From Ylistrum balloti (Eukaryota): a DNA stretch of 64,000 bases. The notes beneath the pieces were generated by a model. The model made no database searches and was not told the DNA's origin. It was given only the letters and a program-made list of their open reading frames with translations. The position numbers and the translations under genes were made by a program. Positions within the stretch are counted from its first letter, which is position 1, and each line of letters opens with the position of its first letter. Below, piece by piece: positions 1 to 12,400 of the stretch. The stretch covers positions 372,001 through 436,000 of the forward strand of contig NW_026782651.1 in the NCBI RefSeq assembly GCF_031769215.1, in the 5' to 3' direction.

Positions 1-3000
1 AAATCTTTTGAGAGTAAATTCAAGATTTTATTGATTCGTTTTGTATTTATGCACGTGAAGGTGTGTAAAATGTTTGCATTTTGGGCCTTCAACGCAGGGT
101 ACCAAAATCACGACGCACTTATCCTCCGTAGTGGTGCGACGAAGGAAAAGGCACCCTGGGGGATTCATAACCGGGGAGTGCCACAGTCAGTTTATCATGC
201 ACATTTAATGATAATGTGAAAAAAATCATAGCGTCTCTATTATCCTCATAGCAGTATGATAATGTTTTGTTTTTTCATTTTTTACTTTATTGAGAAGGAA
301 AGACTGTCAAAGCCACTATGTCTAAATGATACAATACTGTGTACATTAATGTGACTACTAGTCTGTTCACTGAGGTTGCCGGGTTTTTCATTAGATATAA
401 CGATAAGGTCTGATTTTTTAAAAACATTTCTTTTCTCGCTACAATGCTTAAGACATTGTTACGTATCAAAACTCTCGATAGCGCGAATTTACATTTTGCC
501 AAATTGATGTTTGTCGCCTTCTATAATGAAACAAAAATAAAGAAAAAACGAAATTGATGCAAAGTGAGGATGAAAAAAACTCACAAGAAGCAAAATGCAA
601 AGAAAGGAAAACGCATAGATAAAAAAAAATCAGTTTAAGTTTAATGATGATAATTAAACACTGTTTTAACAAATTACGTAAGTACTTTTTGGCCTTTTAT
701 GTTGATTTGTCTGTTATCGTTTAGAGACCGCTATTGAGGGTCATAAAATAGTTTAGACATAGCTGATAAACTGATGATATCTTAACGGAACAAGAGGAAC
801 TGGCGTCAAACGGGAAGGGAGAGAAATGTTTTTATTCGCTTCCTTGATTAAAAGTTAGTATCTATTAATATACAAGTTAAACGGTTTTTTTTTCTCATTC
901 ACACAGCCAGAATGATATAAGATAATGGAAAGAATGATCGATGATTAAAAAAGTAACAAAATAGTTTTACTCTTCCATACGAAGCCAGGCGTCCGAAAGA
1001 TGGGACTTATTTGTGCCGTGGTGGACATTTCGTCCGTGGTTTGTCTGTCTGTGACGAGGCCACATTTTCTGTGGATTTCTATAATAACTTTCTTTAATCT
1101 CCTAATAATTAACTGTCAACCTCAATATAATCGAATCACATTACTTTCTTAATAATCTCTCTACCTATCTTAAATCAATAAACATCCACCTCACATCAGT
1201 GAACACTCTCTCTGATTTACACAGCTGACCACTCCGACACTGCTCTCTTATTAGACTATTAATTTGAATAACCGGACACTCCATCTCTACCTTAAAATGT
1301 TTCTATCACAACTCTCAAAGACAACACTTTTTCACACGTCCGTAAATAATAACCATGACGACTATTTCTCAAAAACAATATATCTGAATTTTTTTTTGGG
1401 ACCAAGTTGTGCAAAATACTTTTGTTTATCGACTTAAAAACAAAATGGCTACAAGACGGTCATTTTGGATGTCCAGGTCAGGGTTCGATATAGATAATAA
1501 TAAAACATCACTTTTGTTTTGAGATATGGCTGTGAAAATGCATTTTTTAAATCTTTGTATTGTCGCTGTTTTACCGTAAATACTCAATATTATTTCCTTT
1601 TCTAGTATTTTGCACAAGTTTTCTTTCGTCCGTAGTTGTGCAACTTAACTACACTATATGTGTACAGAAGATCTTTGGTTGATCACGGGCCAAACGATTT
1701 CTTTTTCTTTGACTGCTCACGGGCCGAGGCCCCTCTTTGACTGCTCACGAGGATCGCTATCTTGGCTGTTCAAGGGATGACGATCTCTTTTTTGATCAAT
1801 GAACAAAGATATCCTTTTTTGTTCAAAGTACGAGGTTCTCTTCCTAACCTGTTTATTGGACGAGGATCTCACAAGTTATCGACAACTGAACTACACATTT
1901 TATTTCACAACTTGTATTCCTGTTGTTGGACGGATGATCACAAGAGGTCTTATTGCGAAAAAAAGGAAAACTGAAAGAAGCCAAAGAGAGTGACCGACTA
2001 GTAATATCTAAATGGACGACTTATGTATCTGGTGTTGGAGTCGGTATTCAAACTCCATATCACGTGGCCAACACCAACAATAATTTTCCACTAAAACTGG
2101 CCCCAAACCAGACACCTTGGAGGGAATGGAACACCAAACATCTAATTGGAAATCAGGTTGAAATATGAAGTGCAGAATGAATAGACGTTTAAAGAAAATT
2201 TTGATGTCGGACAAGAGGGCAATATAATAGATGAAAGTGAAGCGTGTGTTTTAAAAATTAAGCAACACCGGACAGAAAAAAATAACCCTGATCGAGCCCT
2301 TATGATAACATTCAGGCAAATACTTTTTCACTTAATTTTAAAGAAAAAATCATTGCATGCTTTGAAACAAGTTATTTGATCAAAATGATATCAATTGATT
2401 TTAATGTTGCCATATTATGAAAAGCAAAATATAAAAAAAAAAAAAAAAATAGACATAGCATATATTTTGATCAGATATAATTTACAGATGACTTTTATTT
2501 GATACAGCAGTTTACTGTTATTATGAGAATATCTAAGTGCGACATACAGAGCTAAATTGGGAAAGATGGCAGCCATGACACGTAAAAGAATACGTAAATG
2601 AAGAGATAACATGTTTTAACAGACCATTCAAATTTCGTCCTGGTAAACAAGCCAGCATGACCAGGTTTGATGCTAGGTGCCGTCGGCTGTAAATTTCAGT
2701 ATGATAGCACTATATGATCAGATTCAGTTTCGCACCATTACAAGGAGGCTTCAACATGAACACACAGGATTCCCGAAAACACATACACTCACTTTTAACT
2801 GGTTGGACAGCAGTACTTAAATGGCCATAGCCTTAACAAATATAGGAGAAACCATGCCAAAGACCGGCCCATCACCATGGGAACAGATCCAAACATGTAT
2901 ATTTGGTATAAAACATTGGCAAAGTGACTCAAAAGTCAATACTTTTACCATTTAAAAATATTCAGCGTTAAACTTATGATGTACAGTGTGCAGTAAGTCT

Positions 3001-3952
3001 ACTACAACATGAAAACAGACTGATATGGTAATACTTTCTGACTCACATGAAATCAATGGGCAGCAGTTACTTGGTACTTCTGTTCTAACTGGCATAATCT
3101 TACATCAGATCCTTCCTATGTTGGTTTTGTATCTGGAAATCAACCAAGGTAGCAAGGCAGTAAAACCAAAACAAAATCAGTAGAAATATTGTAACATATA
3201 ATTGATCCATTTAAAAGAAAAAAACTTCCAGTATTGTTCATCAAGTTAGAGCCGACTTTTGTGATAGCTCTATACCTGTCGCCAGGGATATATCAGATTT
3301 ATATATCTGCTTTGTCCATCTATGTCTGATCCATTACTTCAGTATCCACTCATCTGTTTGAAATGTCTATGTTTAAATTCTGGGACCTCAAATGATTATC
3401 CAAATTACAGTATGTGAATACATTTTGGGAAAGCAGTATCAGGAAAGGAATCAAGGTCATTTATGTCTTGAACTTTAACCTATGACCCTAAGTGAACAAA
3501 GATATGTAGGTGCAACTTTTTTCCCAATGCTATTTATATGTTGGTACAAGATGCAGCAGCAAAGATGTGAAATTATTGGTAAATGAAATTACTCATCCTT
3601 TCAATTAGGAAAGTCAATGAACGGACTGTGGGTTATATAAGCATATCCTGGCAATACTTGTCAAAGAAAGTAGGTCAGAGATTGAAATACTTGTCTGATA
3701 GACCCAATTACATTATACATTCAAAAATTTATCTCAAATGGTGCAGACATGGGTGTATCAGTTCACTAAATTACTTTGTCAGCAAATCAGGAGTGTTCAT
3801 GGTTGGAGCTGAGGTTTTCTTAAAAGGTTAAACAGTTGTAAAGCATTATTGATATCAAAATTTATTGCAGACTAAAAACATTCTTCTTGTTTATCCTGAA
3901 CTCTCAACACCATGCTATCAATCTGACTTAGTACATTTGCACTGGGGTTGAA

Positions 3953-4443
3953 AATCTGTGCTGCCCCTACAATTACGAGCCTCTGTCAAGTGATCAAATC
4001 TCTGTCGAGTGATCAAATCTATACTGCCCCTACAATTACGAGCCTCTGTCAAGTGATCAAATCTCTGTCGAGTGATCAAATCTATACTGCCTCTACAATT
4101 ACGAGCCTCTGTCGAGTGATCAAATCTATACTGCCCCTACAATTACGAGCCTCTGTCGAGTGATCAAATCTATACTGCCTCTACAATTACGAGCCTCTGT
4201 CGAGTGATCAAATCTATACTGCCTCTACAATTACGAGCCTCTGTCGAGTGATCAAATCTATACTGCCCCTACAATTACGAGCCTCTGTCGAGTGATCAAA
4301 TCTATACTGCCCCTACAATTACGAGCCTCTGTCGAGTGATCAAATCTATACTGCCCCTACAATTACGAGCCTCTGTCAAGTGATCAAATCTCTGTCGAGT
4401 GATCAAATCTATACTGCCTCTACAAGCCTCTGTCGAGTGATCA
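3953..4443. repeat. Tandem array, 44-bp unit (some 63-bp units with an internal 19-bp duplication), ~9-10 copies
   Basis: CTGCCCCTACAATTACGAGCCTCTGTCGAGTGATCAAATCTATA. Confidence 0.95.
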
Positions 4444-4554
4444 TGGAGATTTATAGACCTCACACTTTATACTAACTACATTACAATGTTCACATTGTAC
4501 TTAAAATCTAATGCTTTTTATGGCAAATTAGCCCAAAAACTTAACATCCAATTG

Positions 4555-5941
4555 TTCTACAATCTTGTCACCTTACTCCGAACTGTTCTATAATCCAGTC
4601 ACCTTACTCCGAACTGTTCTATAATCCAGTCACCTTACTCCCAACTATTCTATAATCCAGTCACCTTACTCCCAACTGTTCTATAATCCAGTCACCTTAC
4701 TCCGAACTGTTCTATAATCCAGTCACCTTACTCCCAACTGTTCTATAATCCAGTCACCTTACTCCCAACTGTTCTATAATCCAGTCACCTTACTCCCAAC
4801 TGTTCTATAATCCAGTCACCTTACTCCAAACTGTGGTATAATCCAGTCACCTTACTCCCAACTGTTCTATAATCCAGTCACCTTACTCCCAACTGTTCTA
4901 TAATCCAGTCACCTTACGTCCACCTGTTCTATAATCCAGTCACCGTACGTCCACCTCTTCTATAATCCAGTCACCTTACTCCCAACTGTTCTAAAATCCA
5001 GTCACCTTACGTCCACCTGTTCTATAATCCAGTCACCGTACGTCCACCTGTTCTATAATCCAGTCACCGTACGTCCACCTGTTCTATAATCCAGCCACCT
5101 TACTCCCAACTGTTCTAAAATCCAGTCACCTTACTCCCAACTGTTCTATAATCCAGTCACCTTACTCCCATCTGTGATATAATCCAGTCACCTTACTCCC
5201 ACCTGTTCTATAATCCAGTCACCTTACTCCCAACTGTTATATAATCCAGTCACCTTACTCCCAACCGTTATATAATCCAGTCACCTTACTCCCAACCGTT
5301 CTATAATCCAGTCACCTTACTCCCAACTGTTATATAATCCAGTCACCTTATGTCCACCTGTTATATAATCAAGTCACCTTACTCCGAACTGTTCTATAAT
5401 CCAGTCACCTTACTCCCAACTGTTCTATAATCCAGTCACCTTACTCCCAACTGTTCTATAATCCAGTCACCTTACTCCCAACTGTTCTATAATCCAGTCA
5501 CCTTACTCCCACCTGTTCTATAATCCAGTCACCTTACTCCCAACTGTTATATAATCCAGTCACCTTACTCCCAACTGTTATATAATCCAGTCACCTTACT
5601 CCCAACCATTCTATAATCCAGTCACCTTACTCCCAACTGTTCTAAAATCCAGTCACCCTACATCCACCTGTTCTATAATCCAGTCACCGTACGTCCACCT
5701 GTTCTATAATCCAGTCACCTTACGTCCACCTGTTCTATAATCCAGTCACCTTACTCCCAACTGTTATATAATCCAGTCACCTTACTCCCAACCGTTCTAT
5801 AATCCAGTCACCTTACGTCCACCTGTTCTATAATCCAGTCACCTTACTCCCAACTGTTCTATAATCCAGACGCCTTACTACCACCTGCTCTATAATCCAG
5901 TCACCTTACTCCCAACTGTTATATAATCCAGTCACCTTACT
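4555..5941. repeat. Tandem array, 31-bp unit, ~45 copies
   Basis: TATAATCCAGTCACCTTACTCCCAACTGTTC with a recurrent CGTCCACC variant. Confidence 0.97.
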
Positions 5942-7356
5942 TTTACTGCAATTTGAATATATGCTATTGCAGTTTCTTCATAATTCTAAATTTGTGTAAG
6001 TTATATTTTATGAAAGCATTAAGTACAATCATGATCAAGTGATGAAGATGAGAAAAGAAAAGGAAAGTAATTTTAAATTGAGTAATAGGGTAATAAATTA
6101 TATGTCAATGTGAATTACAACCAAAATGCCAAAATCATGACTGTCCTCTTCTGTTGTGTTCTTACGACTGTAACAAACAGGCTTTGAATGGCATGTGGTG
6201 TCCTTCGGCATCGTGATCATAGTGGTAGCCACTTCAGAATGACAATTGCTTTTTACAAAGCATTAACTCGGCAAACAACACACAAGTATGTAACTTTACA
6301 GCTTGTGGATCCAGATTTTCTCTTAGATTCCAGTTGTTCAATAAATAGTGTCAACGATTTATCTTGTAGGAGTGATTTGCATCCAATTTTTCACATAAAA
6401 CATTTTCAGCAAAATTCATCAATGAAAGAATTGAACAGACTTTCATAAAAATTCCCCAGCACGACTCTAAATGATAGGTAGTAAAAAATTTGTGTACCAT
6501 ATGAACTTCTCTTGGCAAATCCTTGGAGATCAAAGTGTACAGGAGAAAACACACACACAACACAAAAATGTTGTAAAATCTGTGTATTTTAATATCAAAA
6601 CATGTTCTGGTAGTGATGGACAGAAGCTAGATTTCAGCACTACCTAAGTATATACTGGCTTACTACAGACGGATGGCTCACAATGTATTTTTTATACACA
6701 GGTCGACAGCAGAATCTCTTTGATGTACAATCGGCAATGATATCATATTTACAGACTAATTAGCCAACAAAAGTCGAGGCCACAGGTGTGCCACAGTAAT
6801 CCTGCTTCCCCTCCACACCTACTTAAACTGACCCCGATCAGTGGAAAAACACCAACACAGTCCAACACAGGAAATAGGGGATCAACATGGCTGTTCTGAG
6901 ATCCGATTAACAGACAGATCTGAAAACAATGCCAGACTTTGTGTGAATGTACCCTCTAACCCATAGCTCAGTTTTACACTCACCCGGGTCAATTGAAATA
7001 TTGATTTTATTCCAGGAAACTAAGGATGAAATTTTAAATGAGATACTAGTAATAGGATTAATTATCTTTTGATTTGAAGATGAAATTAATTAATTTTCTT
7101 GCACATTGACAGGAAAATTCAGATTTACCTGATGATGACTTGGTAATGAAAAAAGGATATTTTTCATGCAGTTTCAACAATTGTATTCTATTGTAAAGTT
7201 TTTGCTGGCTCATCATTGGCGATCTCTTACATCATCAGATATCTGACAAAATTTTGATCATAACAGAAGAATCTGCTTTTGTTCATTAAGATGTGTCATA
7301 GGAAATTGGATCTGTTTTGAAAACCCAAAATGAAAGCATGCATCGAGTCAAAGTTA

Positions 7357-7580
7357 GGCCACACCAAGCTTAATACTTGTTGTACGTGATATATACGTCC
7401 CTGGTTGTACTCATTCACAAATCTGTACATAAGTATCAACATCAGACATTAGTATTGTCTTGTTTTTTTTATATAAATTTAAAATAAAAAGAAAAAAATC
7501 AATGTAGCAGAATCTATATTACTTCTACATCTATTAAATCCCTATCTGAGAAATTTTACAAGTATTAGGTTTGTTTGGCC
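7357..7580. mobile_element. MITE, PIF/Harbinger-like
   Basis: Imperfect ~18-bp TIRs (GGCCACACCAAGCTTAATA vs GGCCAAACAAACCTAATA) with TTA on both flanks. Confidence 0.6.
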
Positions 7581-9349
7581 TTACTCCAACATTGAAACAA
7601 ATCTTTTTCAGTTCATCAGCACTATGGAAGTACTCCTATGATGAGATTAGAAATCTCCTCACATAAAATACAAGAAATGAAGATTTGAGAGAAATTTAAA
7701 AAAAAAAATAGAAGCTCAGATGTATGTTATTGAATGAATTTCATAAATCAAAGATTTATCTGGAGATTTTGAAGCATGATGTCTCACAATGTTCCATTTC
7801 TAAACATGAAATATGACTCTATTTATCATTCTTGTCGGTGTGTACAATTTGCTCTATCCTTTACACATTCACATGAGATTTCTACCATATAATAAATGAT
7901 ATTTTGAGATGATGTATGTCTTACTCGTAGAACATATCATTATATGGAAAATCATCTCCAAATCTCAAAAATATGCACATAACACAATTTTTCTTTAAAT
8001 CTTTTCCTCTGTAATGCAAAATAACCATGTATATATTTGAGTTGCCATCTTCAAGTATGCCAACATACACCCAGTCTTTCAATAGCATTACAAAGCAACA
8101 TTATAGCACTATTCATATACATCAAAATGACAAAGTACAACCACACTCTTTCAAAATCTCTAATGACACAAATTTCATTATATGAGAAGACGTACTGTTA
8201 ACATACTTAACAAATGTCGATCCTATCTTAATATTTTTCCTGTAAATTTGTTATTGGATGTTGCACACATGTAGATACAGTTTGCCCACAACGACCGAGC
8301 ACATTCCTATTTTATTATTATACCGATTACATGCAATCCTGGGCTTTTTTCTGGGGGCTCTTTTGGGTTAAATATTTCATAATATGGCCAAATTACCAAA
8401 ATATATAAGCAACTCCATAAAACCTTCTTCTCATAATGAAATCAAAAGGCCCTTTCATGAAAGAAAAAGTCCTAAAGTCAATATTGCTCTATATGTAAAT
8501 GGTCTCCAGGTGAAAACAGAGATGACATATTTTGGTAGGTGTGAAATCTGGATACAATGTATATAGAATTTACAGATACCTTAATGTGAATCTACATAAT
8601 GCCCAATCTAAACAATTCAAGTAAAGCTTAATGCAACAATTACTGAATTCATCCTATTTTTTCCTGTAGGAGTAGATGTACTGATTTCAGAAGGCCTGGT
8701 TAAAGCATAATGCAGGACAGATACCTTGACTTCCACACAGAATAAATATTATTCCAGAATCAAATCAAACAATGATAACTAGATCAAGTATTAAGATAGT
8801 ATCACCTTTATATAAGTTTATCTACAGCAGTCCTTTACAAATAGTTGCATCAACTCCACACATAATGATACAATGTTACCACTCTCCAAGTTATCATATT
8901 CATCACCTTTCATACCATAATTACACACCTGGTGGTTCTCTCACTCCAAATCACACCTGTCATCCCTGTAATGTTGTCTTTGTTGTCTGGAGTGGTTATC
9001 TTCTATTTTTGTATAAAAAATACATTTGATAAATAATTGTGAGAACAATTATCATCTTTAATTCCAACTTATATTTCTCATAGCGACCACATAAAGATGT
9101 ACTCTCAATTAACAGCATCATACCTTTTCACAAAAGTAGGCCTTGTTAAAACAAAAAGTGATCAATGAATAAAACATTCCATGACTGTTTTATCTTTCCT
9201 TATAGAAAAATGTTCAAAATTGTATTCAGTTTGGAAAAAATAACAAAAAGCCCAAGTTCACCTAGGATCTTTTTTAACCACCCAAAACAAAACAGTGAAC
9301 AACATGAATGAGTCTAGACATTGCCTGCCTCCTACTACTAACGTCAAAC

Positions 9350-9432
9350 TCAATCACCCCTCCCCTTTCCAGGTCGTTGCTGGCCACCACCACGGCCTCC
9401 GCCCCTTCCACCTCCTCTGCTTCCAAATGCAC
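9350..9432 (-). CDS. LSM4: LSM4 coding exon 5 ([27 protein letters not shown])
   Basis: ttttacag|GT GCA... with phase matching exon 4; RGG-rich C-terminus typical of LSm4. Confidence 0.88.
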
Positions 9433-12400
9433 CTGTAAAATATAACAGATACACACCTTTAAAGTCAAAACTTATTGACATAATGTTACTGATGTTGTTT
9501 ACAGCACACAACAACTCTATCATGAGATACATGTACAACTACTTACATCACTAAATGACTACACTGATCAGTCACGACCACCAATAATGAATAAGCTTCA
9601 CTTTATATCCAACAACAAGTTCATGTCTGGCCATAAGCCCAATCATACACTTGTATATTGCTGGAAATTATAGACCTAAGCTATTTCATTGTCATGTAAT
9701 AATCCCTCCCCCTGGGCTTATGACGAGATAAATTTAATGTTAATAATGAAAGACGGGAAACCTTCCTAAGAGCTTTGAGAATGATCCATCATGGGTTTAA
9801 TTCTCAAGAAATGACGACAACAAGAATTGTTTAAAGACTGAAGACAGACAGACTGACGACAGATCGCAGACCACAGATGCAAGGTGATTAGAACATATCA
9901 TGATGCTTGGCTATCTTTACCGGTATTTCAACTTACACAAGCACTAGCAAACTGTTCTAACTTAAAGTTACAAGTCAGAAATACACCAGCAAATGTACTT
10001 TTAAGTGGACTGCTTTTTCCCTAACCTGTCACAAGTAATTTTCTGAAATAATTTTCAGCTCAAATTTGTTCATTCATTTGCTGTATAATTAATGCTGTGT
10101 TGATCTGAAGGGTCACCGTATCAACATCTGGTATATACACTCTAGATTTAGCAACTTGTCAGTGACTACTTACAACTCCTGACAGAAGGAATTTCAACTT
10201 TGTTGATGAAAGGACCAGATTTTGGGTACCTTTTTATGGTTTTGCTCAGGACCATCCAATCATTGGACACCTTTTTTAGGCCTTACTCAGGACCATCCAA
10301 TCATTGGACACCTTTTTTAGGCCTTACTCAGGACCATCCAATCATTGGACACCTTTTATAGGTTCTGCTCTGGACCATCCAATCATTGGACACCATTTTT
10401 AGGTCCTGCTTAGGACCATCCAATCATTGGACATTATTTTTAGGCCTTACTCTGGACCATCCAATCATTGGACACCTTTTTATGGTCCTGCTCATGACCG
10501 TCCAATCATTGGACAGATTTTTTAGGCCTTACTCAGGACCATCCAATCATTGGACACCTTTTTTAGGCCTTACTCAGGACCATCCAATCATTGGACACCT
10601 TTTTTAGGTCCTACTTAGGACCATCCAATCATTGGACACCTTTTATAGGTCCTACTCAGGACCATCCAATCATTGGACACCTTTTTTACGGTCCTGCTCA
10701 TGACCGTCCAATCATTGGACACCTTTTTTAAAGTCCTACATAGGACCATCCAATCATTGGACATTATTTTTAGGCCTTACTCAGGACCATCCAATCATTG
10801 GACACCTTTTTTAGGTCCTACTCAGGACCCTCCAATCATTGGACACCTTTTTAGGCCTTACTCTAGACTATCCAATCATAGGACACCATTTAAAGGCCTT
10901 ACTCTGGACCATCCAATCCTTTCTATATAAGTCTATAGGTTGCAGTATCTCAGTCAGTAAAGCATTGGACAACACAATTGCAGATGGAGATCTAAGGTGT
11001 TGGTTTGACCCTCCCTATCCCTGGAAATTAGTGTTTTCAGGAAGCTTAGTTGTGTCCTTAAGCATGACACTTAACGCTTACTATTCTGAATGGCATGCAA
11101 TGGACCTCCTGTATGTTGTTCAATGAGGTGCAGTAGCTACCAGCCAGTACAAGAAGACTTCATTCACCTTTTGGCTGTTCATGGACAAAACCCACCAAAC
11201 AGAACAAACCATCAGTCATTTCAGATAATCTGACTTCGTTATTTCTGCGTCAATATGCAGTATATATATATTGATACCTTCTCAAGATATCACAAAAGAA
11301 AACATCTATACCAACTGCAGATGAAAACATTAGATGCCAACCAAAACATTTTTCTATATCTGGTTTTCATTAACTGCATCCTTTGCAGAAAACATCCAAT
11401 CAGGACTGTTTAAATAAATTGCAGTAAACATGTAGAACATGCATGCCAGTTGTGGTGGTAATACTTTTCAGGGCTACTCAATGCCCTCAAATGATTAACT
11501 GTCGAATTTCTGTGAAATGACAGAAATTTAGTCCGAGGAACCATTGCACTGAAACCTTGATAGAAAACAGGGGCATTTATTTTTCTTGTTTTTGCAAGAC
11601 TGCGATCTAAATGGTCCATTAGCAAATACTTTAGCATCCTACTGACCGTATCAACTGTTGTAGAAACTTCAACAAGACTGCTTCAATTCTCTATCTAATA
11701 TATCTTTATCAGCGGAATCTACTCCGACAGCAAAAACATTTCAAATGTAAGATTTTTCATAGAGAAGCTGTTCCTTGTCATATGATTGTCAAAATTCTCC
11801 CCATCCCATCAACACACCTTGTGTACTTTGACAAGATAATCAGAGGTTATGCCAAATAGTATGATCCGGGCCAGGAAACATATCTTTATGACACCTAAAA
11901 TATACCTTTAGTGGCCATAAATTTGAACAGTTAAAAACAGTACAGACAGTTTTACCATAAACACATAATCTTAAACATGATTGAACGTACAGTTACTGAG
12001 ATATGTAGATAAAACAAATTTCAAAATCTGAAGTTTTAACATAATTTACATTATTGTATGTCTTTTGAAAGATGTCTGAGTCGACAACAGAGGTTGGGGC
12101 TATCACTCACTAAAATTGTACGTCTAATGTTTTTTGTCATTTTTTATCCTTGAGCGTGATATCCTGTCAATTAAAATGTCATCGTGTCGAGATATTGTGA
12201 TGTTTAAAAAAAGAAAAAAAAATGAAAAAATAAAACCCAAACATGGGGAGATCACTCAGATAAAATGATAAAAATCACAGTTAATTTACTGTTATCATCA
12301 ACGTGGTGGGTATTACAAGTAAAAACTTGTGATACAAATGTCCAACAGAGAGAAAACTTATATAACCAACACAGACCGTTCGGTAACAAACGCCTCAGAA

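Noticed and set aside
1050-1940. Possible LTR remnant (minus strand ends ...GGCCTCGTCACA at 1050; G-poor plus strand; protein-like ORF 1426-1617)
   Set aside because: No matching second terminus, TSD or recognisable retroelement motif could be found.
2565-2610. AAGATGGCAGCC-ATG as a possible gene start (MAAMTRKRI)
   Set aside because: It stops after 11 codons, no downstream exons join, and the same motif occurs inside dispersed repeats in this window.
6200-6540. Coding-like minus-strand frame (GNFYESLFNSFIDEF..., LFIEQLESKRK...)
   Set aside because: Interrupted by stops and not assignable to any family from memory.
8444-8462. AAAGGCCCTTTCA resembling a histone 3' stem-loop start
   Set aside because: The complementary arm is missing and there is no histone ORF.
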